From Microgenomates group bacterium Gr01-1014_5 (GTDB taxonomy: Bacteria > Patescibacteriota > Microgenomatia > UBA8517 > UBA10165), in contig VMGE01000002.1 of assembly GCA_007376395.1 (NCBI GenBank), positions 77,118-141,117 on the forward strand: DNA of 64,000 bases, given 5' to 3'. Positions 18,186 to 27,825 of the stretch are shown piece by piece. Within the stretch, counting starts at the first letter, position 1. Each line of letters starts with the position of its first letter. The notes under the pieces were generated by a model that saw nothing but the letters and a program-made list of their open reading frames with translations, did not search any database and was not told where the DNA came from. A program made the translations under genes and the position numbers.

Positions 18186-19001
18186 TTAAGTTCTTATGTC
18201 TCTTTTGGAAAGTAATATATGACAGTAAGGCTTTGTCAAGAAATCATCGTTGATTAAGTAATGGCTAAGACTTGCGGAAGGATAATAGGAATTACAATTT
18301 AGATAAAGTATTTGTCTGTTTTCAGTAGGTTTTGGGTTATGTTTTGAACCTGGTAATTCAAATAAACCACCTCTTGCCATATCAGAATAAGCATTCCAAA
18401 AAGCTATACCTTCTAAAATAATTCCAAAACGGTCTCCAGACCCTAAGCATTCAATAAGAGGGAGTGCCCGACCATAAACTATTCCCGCAACTGAAACCCA
18501 TGTAGTAAAAGGTTTTTCCGAAACAGTAAACCTCTCACCAGTTTTAGCCAGAACTGCATCATCGATATTTACTTTAATACCAGATAAATTTGTCTGTTCT
18601 CTCCATGGAATCCTCGTTCCTTCTACAATTAGGGGTCTCAACCCTAGATTAACGGACGAAGAAGGTCTTTCAGGAAATGGAGGGAGAGAATTTATATATT
18701 CTTTTTCGGAGGTTCCAAGTCTTCTAGCAAAAAGATGAGCCATTTTCATTGCTTGTCTATTGTGTTCAGCTTCCAAGGATATCTCAGGATTGGGCTCTCT
18801 GTCAGCCCATTCGGACCATCTGGATGACTCTCTGGATTCAGGAACAGAGAATGGAATAGGAGATGGGTTGGCAAGAGAAGTTGCTTCACTCCATGACAAA
18901 CCAAGTTGCTGCTGTAGCCGGATTGCTAATCCATAAGGCCCCAGAGTGTTACCACTTTCTCTTATAATTCGGCCTATTAAATCTGCTTTCCATCTTTCCA
19001 T
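18186..19001 (-). CDS. hypothetical protein
   Basis: 271-aa ORF with TGcTAAAAT 6 nt upstream of the ATG. Confidence 0.75.
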   Translation of the reverse strand: MERWKADLIGRIIRESGNTLGPYGLAIRLQQQLGLSWSEATSLANPSPIPFSVPESRESSRWSEWADREPNPEISLEAEHNRQAMKMAHLFARRLGTSEKEYINSLPPFPERPSSSVNLGLRPLIVEGTRIPWREQTNLSGIKVNIDDAVLAKTGERFTVSEKPFTTWVSVAGIVYGRALPLIECLGSGDRFGIILEGIAFWNAYSDMARGGLFELPGSKHNPKPTENRQILYLNCNSYYPSASLSHYLINDDFLTKPYCHILLSKRDIRT

Positions 19002-19076
19002 ACTGCTATTTTAGCAAAATTCTTATTTAGCTTCAAATAGGGGTTCCACAAAAACCTATTTTGGTATAATCGGACC

Positions 19077-19829
19077 ATGGCTGATTTTTATGACAAAGTT
19101 GCTAAAAAATTTGGAGGGTATGCATATGGCACCAATAAAGTTAAATATACTTCTGAATATCCGGACGGCGCCCCGGAAGAAATTTTCAAAGAGAAACTCT
19201 TGGAACTGGCAAACCCCAGTTTAGTCGCTTTGGATATAGGCTGTGGTGATGGGAAGTTTGCTTTTGAGATATCGAATTACTTTTCTTTCATACACGGCAT
19301 AGATACGTCACGTGAGCTGTTGAGTGTCGCAGAGTCGAAAAAGAAAACTCTTGGCGTTGCCAATGTTGATTTCAAACTAGAAGACGCGAGTAAAACTTCT
19401 TTTCCGGACAACTCTTTTGACATTGCTTATTGCCGGCGCGGACCAAGTTTTTACAAAGAGTATTACCGGTTACTAAAAAAGGGCGGTTGTTATTTGGAAA
19501 TCGGAATAGGAGAAAGAGATTGTGTTGATCTTAAAAAAGTATTTGGAAGAGGACAAGGATATGGAACTTGGAATGAGTCACGTCTGGACAAAGATAAAAA
19601 TGAATTTACTAGAATAGGTTTTAAGATTATTTTTGCAAAAGCTTTCAGCTACTCTGAATTTTACGATTCTCTTGGTGAGTTGGATAAATTTCTACAGGGC
19701 GTACCGATCTTTGAAGACTTTGACTCCGACCAAGACAGGGATTACTTGGAAACTTACTGCAAGAAGTTCGAAACCCCTAAGGGCGTCCTTTTACCAAGAC
19801 AAAGAGTAGTGTACATGGTTCAAAAGTGA
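19077..19829 (+). CDS. class I SAM-dependent methyltransferase
   Basis: LDIGCGDG, GIDTS, FPDNSFD, RLLKKGG; TGgTATAAT 6 nt upstream. Confidence 0.9.
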   Translation: MADFYDKVAKKFGGYAYGTNKVKYTSEYPDGAPEEIFKEKLLELANPSLVALDIGCGDGKFAFEISNYFSFIHGIDTSRELLSVAESKKKTLGVANVDFKLEDASKTSFPDNSFDIAYCRRGPSFYKEYYRLLKKGGCYLEIGIGERDCVDLKKVFGRGQGYGTWNESRLDKDKNEFTRIGFKIIFAKAFSYSEFYDSLGELDKFLQGVPIFEDFDSDQDRDYLETYCKKFETPKGVLLPRQRVVYMVQK

Positions 19830-19889
19830 TTGCTTATTCTACTTCAAAATACTGAGGTAGATTTTGATTCCTTTGGATTCTTGATCTAA

Positions 19890-20567
19890 CTAAGAACCTT
19901 GAGATACATAGTGCGAAACCTTATATCTATGAATTCTGGGATGTTCAAAAGCTTTAGCTAAAGCTGCAGCAATAATTTGTTCTCTGTCTCGTGTTCTCCA
20001 TTCATTTAATCTTTTAGTGGTTGACGCTAGAAAACCTCCATGAAATATAAAAGTCCCGTCAGGACAACTCTCTGCTGCGATATATTTATAAGAATCTTCA
20101 GTGGAATAACTCCCGTATACTGATTTTTGACCTCTTGATACAACATCCCAATGAACTATGTCAAGCACACTCTCTGGATCTCTTTGCTGTAAGTCAACTT
20201 CATCTATCCCCCTACTATAACTATCCTGAAAGGAATCATTAATTCTTACAACAGGCGGACGTGGTAATCCGCGAGTTCCTCTTCCTACATATTCCGTATA
20301 ACTTTCCGTGAACCCGTCATTATCACGGGAACGAACAACTGGAATGGTTGGAATTTCAAGAAATGCAATCAATTCATCTATTGCCAACCCAACACCACTC
20401 TCTTGACGGAACTTCTCGGCTTGTTTTCTTCGTTGCGCACATCGCTCGTTCTCTCGGTTTGCATTCTGAAGCCATTTCACTTCCCGAGCCGCTTGCCCAG
20501 CTCTTAATTGTGCTTCTCGTTGTTCTTTATTAGCCTCTTTTTGTCTTATTTCTTCTATAAATCCCAT
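19890..20567 (-). CDS. hypothetical protein with N-terminal coiled coil
   Basis: 225-aa ORF with TGcTAAAAT just upstream. Confidence 0.7.
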   Translation of the reverse strand: MGFIEEIRQKEANKEQREAQLRAGQAAREVKWLQNANRENERCAQRRKQAEKFRQESGVGLAIDELIAFLEIPTIPVVRSRDNDGFTESYTEYVGRGTRGLPRPPVVRINDSFQDSYSRGIDEVDLQQRDPESVLDIVHWDVVSRGQKSVYGSYSTEDSYKYIAAESCPDGTFIFHGGFLASTTKRLNEWRTRDREQIIAAALAKAFEHPRIHRYKVSHYVSQGS

Positions 20568-20664
20568 AATAGGCGTATTTTAGCACAATTGACTCTAGAT
20601 TCAATAAAAGGGTTGCACCCTTCATTTTGACAAGGGTCTGGATTGTGATTATCTGTGGCACATC

Positions 20665-20698
20665 TAGCCTTACCAGGTGAGACCTTGGAGGTGTAAAC
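20665..20698 (+). repeat. REP-like element, compact copy
   Basis: TAGCCTTACCAGGTGAGACCTTGGAGGTGTAAAC. Confidence 0.8.
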
Positions 20699-20743
20699 TT
20701 GTCAAAAATTGCAGGTTTTTTACAAAAGAGTATACTCGGACAA

Positions 20744-21268
20744 ATGCCACGACCGGGGCTTGAGAGAAAATCTGAAATTATCTCTTTTTTAACTAGATAT
20801 CCCAACTTAAAAGTTGAGAGACGTCTTTCGGGAACTATTATAATTTCTAGCGGCTTTCCTCATCGCCAACACCAGAGCACTGAAAGAAAACTCTGGATTA
20901 CACAAAAACCCAACACAAACGGCTCGCCTGTGGTTGAAGTCTGTTTCTGTGGGTTTGGTGAAAACAGAAGGGCAGGCCAAAAACCTGCCCGTATTCAGTT
21001 TATAAAACTGGATTCTAATAATACAGAAGTTAGGTTTATGCGTACTAAAAATTCTGACGTTTTAGACGTTTTAGATATGGCAAATAGAGGGCTGGCAATA
21101 CTTAACTCTCACAGAATGCACTCTTTATCAGCTTATCAACCATTTGCCCTAGATAATCAAACAGGGGAAGCTCCTGACCAGATACAGCTAATAGATATGA
21201 CAGAAACTATAAACGCCGAGTGGTTTGTTCCTGCAAAGGGAAAAGCTCCGGTTAGAGATACTTCCTAA
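20744..21268 (+). CDS. hypothetical protein (start placed at MPRPGLER)
   Basis: TATACT 7 nt before the ATG; 3' end overlaps mltG by 17 nt. Confidence 0.6.
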   Translation: MPRPGLERKSEIISFLTRYPNLKVERRLSGTIIISSGFPHRQHQSTERKLWITQKPNTNGSPVVEVCFCGFGENRRAGQKPARIQFIKLDSNNTEVRFMRTKNSDVLDVLDMANRGLAILNSHRMHSLSAYQPFALDNQTGEAPDQIQLIDMTETINAEWFVPAKGKAPVRDTS

Positions 21269-22259
21269 TATTTTCGTTATGTTTGTCGATTGTTTCCCCA
21301 TAGCGGATTTTGCCGTCTTTGCCGTGGAGATAGAAAAGATAGTCTGAATCGGCTGGGTAGACTACTGCTTTAATTGCCGAAAAACCTGGACTGGCAATTG
21401 GATATGGCGGTAAACCTTGGTTTAAGTAGGTATTGTAAGGAGAATTCAGTTTTTTGTCCTCGATAAAAGGAGGTTTCCACCAATCACAGTCTGCCAAGGA
21501 TACTTTCTTTGCACAACGATTGTTGCCGGTAATATATTGCAGTGTTGCGTCAACTTGCAGAGGCATTCCGATTTCGAGCCTTTTTAAGAGTATTCCTGCT
21601 ACGACAGGTCGTTCTTCGTTGGTATTTGTCTCCCGCTCAACAACTGAGGCTAAAACAAGCACTTCTTGGAGCGTTCTCCCGCGCCTCTCAAGCTCTTTTT
21701 CCATTTCATCTGTGATTTTTTCGTCTAAAGTCGAGCGTAATTTTTTGGCTACTTTTTCCGCTTTGACGTCTCGCGGGAAAAGATAGGTATCCGGGAAAAG
21801 ATAACCTTCTTCACCACTCGTGGCTTGTAAAAATTCCCGGTAAAAAGTTTCTTGTTCTTGCTCTTTAATTTCTAAAGCTTTGATTGTTTTTAGGGCTATT
21901 TCTTCCCGCCGCAAACCTTCAGGGTAGGTAACCCAAAGCTCGGCAGGGCCTTTCAAAAGAGTCGTCACCATTCGTTGTAGTGATAAGTTAGGGGCAAGCC
22001 TATAATCTCCTGCCTTAATATCCGTCTGATAACCTTTGACCTGGACATAAAATCTGAAAGCGAAATCGTTCTTGATTAAGCCTTCTTTCTCTAGCCGTTT
22101 AGCAATTTTTTGCAAAGGCTCGCCGCGGGTGATTAAAAATTCGTGCGTCGAAGAATCGCGCGTGTCTCTTGGCTCGCTCGCACTTTTCCACCAAAGTAGG
22201 GCGCCTACAAAGACAATAGTTATAATAATAAATGGGGGGAGGAGAATCAGTTTCTTCAT
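21252..22259 (-). CDS. mltG: endolytic transglycosylase MltG
   Basis: N-terminal TM, EGYLFPDTY, ASVVERE, LQVDAT, SPYNTY, GLPPxPI. Confidence 0.93.
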   Translation of the reverse strand: MKKLILLPPFIIITIVFVGALLWWKSASEPRDTRDSSTHEFLITRGEPLQKIAKRLEKEGLIKNDFAFRFYVQVKGYQTDIKAGDYRLAPNLSLQRMVTTLLKGPAELWVTYPEGLRREEIALKTIKALEIKEQEQETFYREFLQATSGEEGYLFPDTYLFPRDVKAEKVAKKLRSTLDEKITDEMEKELERRGRTLQEVLVLASVVERETNTNEERPVVAGILLKRLEIGMPLQVDATLQYITGNNRCAKKVSLADCDWWKPPFIEDKKLNSPYNTYLNQGLPPYPIASPGFSAIKAVVYPADSDYLFYLHGKDGKIRYGETIDKHNENIRKYL

Positions 22260-22299
22260 TTTCGAACGCAGAGAGAAAACAAGCTTGCTTATGGGTTTC

Positions 22300-22518
22300 T
22301 CAAACCTCCTCAAGAAGCGCGCGTCGCCATTTACCGTTTTTCTCATTGACAAAGATGCGCCCACAACTACAAATTACTTTATGGCTACCATCGCGTCTTT
22401 TTGTACTTTTACCTTCAGTCAAATCTCTTCCACAACCAACACAACGACCCTGAGCCATAAGCCATGCTTGGACTGGAGCGATTACATTTTTAAATACCCT
22501 CGGGACTCTCCGTGCCAT
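22300..22518 (-). CDS. small zinc-ribbon-like protein
   Basis: CVGCG...CSCGR; fits the operon between ruvX and mltG. Confidence 0.7.
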   Translation of the reverse strand: MARRVPRVFKNVIAPVQAWLMAQGRCVGCGRDLTEGKSTKRRDGSHKVICSCGRIFVNEKNGKWRRALLEEV

Positions 22519-22891
22519 CTAAATAAGATTGTAGCATAACAGCCGCGGCATATGCATCTTCTAACTCATGCCGTTTTTTAGGCCCTCTGCCTGACTGGAT
22601 TGCCAGCAATTGCGCGTCTTGCGTGGACAACCCTTCGTCCCAAGTCTTAACAGGAAGAGAAAGAGTAAGAGCTAGAGATTCTGCAAACTTTTTTTGTTCT
22701 TCCCCCATTGACCCTTCGGAAACTCCGACCACAACAGTATCGGGCTTCTCTTTCTCTATCTCTGTCCCTATCTTTCTTATAGCATCTTGCCAAGAGTTAA
22801 CTTGCACTACTTTCCAAGGTTCAGCCAAACCTCCTTCGGCCCTGGCTAAACCAATCTTTGCTCTACCGTAATCGACTCCAAGTAATCTCAT
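22490..22891 (-). CDS. ruvX: YqgF/RuvX family nuclease
   Basis: LLGVDYGRAKIGLA, WDEGLST, DAYAAAVMLQSYLD. Confidence 0.9.
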   Translation of the reverse strand: MRLLGVDYGRAKIGLARAEGGLAEPWKVVQVNSWQDAIRKIGTEIEKEKPDTVVVGVSEGSMGEEQKKFAESLALTLSLPVKTWDEGLSTQDAQLLAIQSGRGPKKRHELEDAYAAAVMLQSYLDGTESPEGI

Positions 22892-23547
22892 GTCTTTGGT
22901 ACAATTCGCGCCTTAACCACTAAACGTTTGATATAAGTTCCCGGGGGAACGCAGGTTACCAGCGTTAAGTACGAATCGTCATATCTTTGCTCTAATACTT
23001 GAATGTCGGTTGGCTTTACTTCAAACATTTGTTCAACCCGGAAAGTATATTTGATCCCGTCATACTCTACAAACACGTCATCACCCTTTTTAAGAGAGGG
23101 GAGTTTTGTAAAGATCGTTAAATAGTTTGTCGGGGAAAAAAATTGCGGCAGGGAAGAGTGGCCAAAAATAACCGCGTTGCCCTGCTGACCGGGCAAAGAG
23201 GTTCCGGAATAGTGGATAAGGGATTTAGAGAGGTCTTCTCCGCCAATCTCAACAGTTGCGTCTTTTATTCCAAGTCTGGGAATTGAAAGGTTGTAGTACT
23301 TAACTTTTGAGGAAACTATTGGTAAATCAGGCTGTCCGATAAACCAATTTGAGGCGCGGGTGAGATTGTAAGTCTCGGTTGCAAGTCCGCGAACTTCGGG
23401 CTTGGGTACTGGAGATAAAAGTTCGCCGGAAAACTGGGAAAGTGAAAAAATCTCGTACTGGACAATTGGAACGCTGGCATTAAGCACTAAAAATAAACCA
23501 AAGAAAACAAAACTTAAAGCTAGGTATCGTGATATGTTTTTTTTCAC
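22888..23547 (-). CDS. sortase
   Basis: GNAVIFGHS, LTLVTC, KRLVVKA (His/Cys/Arg triad), N-terminal TM. Confidence 0.92.
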   Translation of the reverse strand: MKKNISRYLALSFVFFGLFLVLNASVPIVQYEIFSLSQFSGELLSPVPKPEVRGLATETYNLTRASNWFIGQPDLPIVSSKVKYYNLSIPRLGIKDATVEIGGEDLSKSLIHYSGTSLPGQQGNAVIFGHSSLPQFFSPTNYLTIFTKLPSLKKGDDVFVEYDGIKYTFRVEQMFEVKPTDIQVLEQRYDDSYLTLVTCVPPGTYIKRLVVKARIVPKT

Positions 23548-25823
23548 TGATCGCTTGCTACTTCGACAATAATGTTCTTGGCAATTCTGGGAAGAGTTCT
23601 AATGCTGTCGGGGAACTTGAAAGAGTAAAAAAATTTAGTATGCAGATAACCCGGAGTAGTCGCCAAAGACTCGCGCGCAGATCCTTCGCTTTTGCCGGAA
23701 ATTGCACGGGCAATCTTATCCGAATCGATTTTAGGTAAAAGGTTGGCTACTATCTGTACCTCGAGATCAACAGGGTTGTTTGGGTCAATTTTAGTTTCTG
23801 CTACGGGTGGGGTGGCCGCCTGTTTCTGGGTTGTTTTCGGAACTTTAGTCTTTGGCTGAACCTTTACTACCGTATAAGTAACGTTAATTTGGTCCGCTTT
23901 TAAAGCATATCCCTGGGATACATCTTTTTCTAAGTCTGACATGACAAGCACATTGACTGCATCTTGGGAAACGACCATGACTGCGGCTCGGCCTGCAAGT
24001 GCCAGTTTTAAGGTACTTGTCTCGTCGCCTGCTTTATGACTAAATTCTCGGGTATCGGCAATAAGTGTCGCCGAGTCTTGGATTATTACTTCACGCTCCG
24101 TGAGTGAGCTTTTCAAATCTTCCAAACCGCGGGTTAAAAGTTCGACCGTCAACTCTTTTTCTAAATTCAAACGGTCTTCTTCTGAGACCGCAGAAACAGA
24201 ACGGCTTGTACCCCCTGAAAAAGCGTTGTCGTTTTGCGCTTCAAAACTGTCTTTAGAAAAAGAACCTACCGAGAATTTGGAGAGAGAAGCTAAATTATAC
24301 TGTGCGCCAATATCCGCCGCAGAAATTGCCGCCTGTGTTTTTGAAGGAGTAAAAACACCCGAACCTGAGGCGACTGTCGTATCGTTATCGAGCGTAAACT
24401 TTAAGCCATTAGGACCGGTAAGGATAGTCCCGGTTTTAAGAAGAGCCGAGCCGCCAACATGCCCAATTGTTATTTGACCTTTTGCCCGATCGCCAACAAT
24501 CCTCTCGCCTGTGGTAGAGGCTGTTTTGTCTCCAGTGACTTTTGCGTCTTTTGTTACTCCGGGAACAACCTTATCGGCTTGATTAACAACCGTTAATTTG
24601 GGGTCAACTGTTAATTTGAGGGTTTTTTCCAACTTTTTAGGAGCTACAATAATGGTTACTTTACTTGTTGGATAATACCAATAAAATAACCCTCCGATAA
24701 GCAAAAGCAGGACAAATCCAATACTAAAAACAGAGAGCATACCAGCACTGCGCAACCCAAAATTAGGAATTCTAATACTTGAAAAAATAGAAGAGAGGGC
24801 GGAAAACAAAGACCCAACTTTAGCCCTTTCAGGCAGAGAAGGTTCTCCTGTCGCATAATCAACAACAGCACTGCGTACTGGGGTAATCTCCTGAAGTTGG
24901 GTTTCTTGAACCGGAACAACTTCCTGTTCTGCTACGTCTCTGTCGCGTACAAACCCAATTTCTTCGGCAGATACTTCAGTTTTTACTTCATCTTCCGGCT
25001 CTCTAATCTCCTGTGTTTCTTCTGGTTCGTCCAAATCCTGACTACTATCGGGTAAGACTACACTTTTTGCTTCTCCAACCTCTGCGCCCCCTGCCAAAGA
25101 GACTGCGGTTACGGCAACATCTTCTGCTAGTATTTCTACTTTAGGAGTGTGTAAAAAGGGAACTTTAACACTCTCCCAGTTAGTGTCTAAAATGTTTTGG
25201 CGCGCGTCTTCTAAGTTCCCCACTTTGTGGTTATAAAGAAGAATACGGGATGGATATTGAGAAACCGAAGGCAAACGCGACAAACCTTCGGCAATGTCGG
25301 ATCCTAAAGAAATACTTTGTGCAACCTCAACCGTACCCAAACCCCGGCCGTTTTGCACTAAAGTCACGTCAATAGCGTCTTCTGCTAAACCAACCAAAAT
25401 TGCGTTTAGAGGCGCGCCTTCTTTCGATTTAAGATAGTGAGTAATTGCCTCGGGAATTACTACAAATCCGGCAGGAGTTAACTCAAGTTCGTTGGAGAGT
25501 TTTTTTAATATCCCCAACCGCTCTTGGACAATTGTTCCTTCTTGAATCCAAGAAGGAGAAAGACCAAAAACAACTTTGTTTGGTTCTGAAACGTCATCGC
25601 CAATTGCTGCCGCAGCAGCCGATAACGATCCGTCCGCCGCCTCGAGGAGCGACTCGTCGTTTCCGTCTTGCCAGTTGGCAGTACTGCCCTCTGAGACAAC
25701 TTCTGTTGCCTCGCCAACTACACGCCAAATAGCAGCCTGAACCCAAGTTTTGCCGATAACTAAACTCCAAAAATGTTCAGGTCCGTTTCCTTCTTGTTTT
25801 TTGAAAAAATTTCCTAATGCCAT
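23544..25823 (-). CDS. bitopic membrane protein: FtsA/actin-like N-domain, acidic linker, TM, baseplate J-like C-domain
   Basis: Single TM near residues 362-385; C-terminal RAKGQITI...GLKFTL...GAQYNL...FSGG pattern. Both domain calls are by resemblance. Confidence 0.6.
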   Translation of the reverse strand: MALGNFFKKQEGNGPEHFWSLVIGKTWVQAAIWRVVGEATEVVSEGSTANWQDGNDESLLEAADGSLSAAAAAIGDDVSEPNKVVFGLSPSWIQEGTIVQERLGILKKLSNELELTPAGFVVIPEAITHYLKSKEGAPLNAILVGLAEDAIDVTLVQNGRGLGTVEVAQSISLGSDIAEGLSRLPSVSQYPSRILLYNHKVGNLEDARQNILDTNWESVKVPFLHTPKVEILAEDVAVTAVSLAGGAEVGEAKSVVLPDSSQDLDEPEETQEIREPEDEVKTEVSAEEIGFVRDRDVAEQEVVPVQETQLQEITPVRSAVVDYATGEPSLPERAKVGSLFSALSSIFSSIRIPNFGLRSAGMLSVFSIGFVLLLLIGGLFYWYYPTSKVTIIVAPKKLEKTLKLTVDPKLTVVNQADKVVPGVTKDAKVTGDKTASTTGERIVGDRAKGQITIGHVGGSALLKTGTILTGPNGLKFTLDNDTTVASGSGVFTPSKTQAAISAADIGAQYNLASLSKFSVGSFSKDSFEAQNDNAFSGGTSRSVSAVSEEDRLNLEKELTVELLTRGLEDLKSSLTEREVIIQDSATLIADTREFSHKAGDETSTLKLALAGRAAVMVVSQDAVNVLVMSDLEKDVSQGYALKADQINVTYTVVKVQPKTKVPKTTQKQAATPPVAETKIDPNNPVDLEVQIVANLLPKIDSDKIARAISGKSEGSARESLATTPGYLHTKFFYSFKFPDSIRTLPRIAKNIIVEVASDQ

Positions 25824-25902
25824 GGCAGAAATTTAATCATTTGAACATTTATCATTTAAATGTAAAAAATGAACAAATGCAAAAATGAGACAATGCGCAG
25901 AG

Positions 25903-27723
25903 TTAGGCTATTTTTATATATATCCTTCTGACACCCATACCCGCACTTTCTTCTTTGGTTATTGTAACACGCCCGATTTCGCCTGTATGCCCAACATGAG
26001 GCCCACCGCATAATTCTTTAGAGAACCATTCGCCGCCAGGATTACCGATCGTATAAACCAAAACTTCGTCTGGATATTTTTCTTTAAAAAACGCCAGCGT
26101 ACCCTCGGCTAAAGCTTTATCTTTGGATATTACTTCTCTGGTTACTAAAAGATCTTCTACGATCTTTTGATTAACTAATTCACTAATTAACTCAATCTCT
26201 TGGCTCGATAGAGCCTTTGGGTTAGAAAAATCAAAACGCAGACGTTCACTTGTGATATTTGAACCCATTTGATGAACATGGTCACCCAAAACATGCCTTA
26301 AAGCGGCTTGCAATAAATGGGTTGCCGTGTGGTATTTAGTCTCTGTCTCACCCGTGGTCGCGAGTCCCCCTTTAAACATTCCGACAGAAGCTGTCCGGGA
26401 TTTTTCCTGGTGTTCAACCATTGCTTGCTCTAATTCTTTCTCGTCAAATTTAATTCCCAACTCCTCAACGATGTCTTGCGCCAAATCGGGTGGAACCCCG
26501 TATGACTGGTAGTTCTCGAATACGTATTTTCCAGAAGCAATTCCAGGTTTACTTAAAATTGGTACTCTGTCGGTTCCTATTTTTTTGATAAGTTGGTACT
26601 CTATCGCCGCTTGTAAATCCTGTTTATATAACTCCAGGTCATTAATTGGCTCTTCAAATTTTTTCTCTTCTTCTCCTAATACTTTTAATATGTGTTCGGA
26701 ATTTGCTTTAAGTTCCGGGTAAATTGGAGAGTAATTATCAATCACACTCTCGGCAATCTTTAAAACCGTTTGCGACTCGGCCTCAAGTTTATGTAAAAAG
26801 CGTAAAGCGCGTCTAACAAGCCTTCTTAAAACATATCCTCTGGCCATATTCGACGGCTCCACACTGTCAGAAATAATAAAAACAGAGGCCCTGATGTGGT
26901 CTGCAATTCTTCTTAATGGTTTAATATTTTCCTCGTATTTTTTACCGGTAACCTCTTCTATTTTATTAATAATTGGCAAAAATAGATCTGATTTGTAATT
27001 GTCATTGAGGCCATTTAATACAGCGATTGTTCTTTCGAGTCCCATTCCTGTATCCACATTTTTCTTGGGAAGTTCTTCTAAAGTTCCGTCGTCGCGGCGG
27101 TTGTAAACCATAAAAACGTTGTTCCAAATTTCAAAGTAGCGGCCGCAATTATCACCTGGACGGCAATCAGGGGAGCAGGGTTTACCGGTTACGTCATAGA
27201 AGATTTCCGTGTCAGGTCCACACGGCCCCGTGGCACCGGCTGCCCACCAGTTATCTTCTTTTCCAAAGTAATAAATTCGCGCCGCTGGAATCCCGACGCT
27301 TTTCCAAAGTTCTGCCGCTTCTTCGTCGCGCGGTGCATCACCGTCTCCGGCAAAAACCGATACCGAAAGCTTGTCTGGAGAAATATCCAACTCGCGCGTT
27401 AAAAATTCGAAACTCCAAGGAATAGATTCTTGTTTGAAATAATCACCAAGTGACCAATTGCCCAACATTTCAAAGAAGGTATGGTGGAAAGTATCGCCAA
27501 CTTCGTCAATATCTCCGGTTCGAATGCACTTTTGGACATTCACTAGGCGTGTTCCGGCAGAATGTTGTTGTCCCAAAAGATAAGGTACAAGAGGCTGCAT
27601 ACCCGCAGAAACAAAGAGAGTAGAGGGGTCGTTCTCGAGAACCAAAGAAGCTGAAGGAATAATTTTATGCCCCTTTTTCTCAAAAAACTTTAGATATTTC
27701 TCGCGTAAATCTGCCGAAGTCAT
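25903..27723 (-). CDS. alaS: alanine--tRNA ligase, short form without C-Ala
   Basis: HHTFFEMLGNWSLGDYFK, DTGMGLER, editing motifs HTATH and ELCGGPH. Confidence 0.96.
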   Translation of the reverse strand: MTSADLREKYLKFFEKKGHKIIPSASLVLENDPSTLFVSAGMQPLVPYLLGQQHSAGTRLVNVQKCIRTGDIDEVGDTFHHTFFEMLGNWSLGDYFKQESIPWSFEFLTRELDISPDKLSVSVFAGDGDAPRDEEAAELWKSVGIPAARIYYFGKEDNWWAAGATGPCGPDTEIFYDVTGKPCSPDCRPGDNCGRYFEIWNNVFMVYNRRDDGTLEELPKKNVDTGMGLERTIAVLNGLNDNYKSDLFLPIINKIEEVTGKKYEENIKPLRRIADHIRASVFIISDSVEPSNMARGYVLRRLVRRALRFLHKLEAESQTVLKIAESVIDNYSPIYPELKANSEHILKVLGEEEKKFEEPINDLELYKQDLQAAIEYQLIKKIGTDRVPILSKPGIASGKYVFENYQSYGVPPDLAQDIVEELGIKFDEKELEQAMVEHQEKSRTASVGMFKGGLATTGETETKYHTATHLLQAALRHVLGDHVHQMGSNITSERLRFDFSNPKALSSQEIELISELVNQKIVEDLLVTREVISKDKALAEGTLAFFKEKYPDEVLVYTIGNPGGEWFSKELCGGPHVGHTGEIGRVTITKEESAGMGVRRIYIKIA

Positions 27724-27793
27724 ACGAGGCTATTGTAACAGACGGCGCGTGTTGTTAAAAGAATTTCAAACGCGAGGTGCCAATGCCAACCAG

Positions 27794-27825
27794 AATTATA
27801 CACTCCTATGTATGAGTGTATAATT
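27794..27825. repeat. 12-8-12 inverted repeat AATTATACACTC-CTATGTAT-GAGTGTATAATT
   Basis: Exact 12-bp arms. Confidence 0.8.

Noticed and set aside
17281-20698. Integron attC interpretation of the repeats
   Set aside because: No RYYYAAC...GTTRRRY ends, no long attC hairpin, mixed gene orientation and no intI.
20530-20805. 91-aa minus-strand ORF
   Set aside because: It spans a divergent promoter region and a repeat and overlaps both neighbours.
23544-25823. Prophage or contractile injection system suggested by the baseplate-like domain
   Set aside because: No sheath, tube, capsid, terminase or integrase genes; the protein is membrane-anchored within a housekeeping operon.
25903-27723. Short AlaRS (and short IF2, HrcA, DnaJ) as pseudogenes
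   Set aside because: Catalytic motifs are intact and the ends are clean, consistent with streamlined forms.
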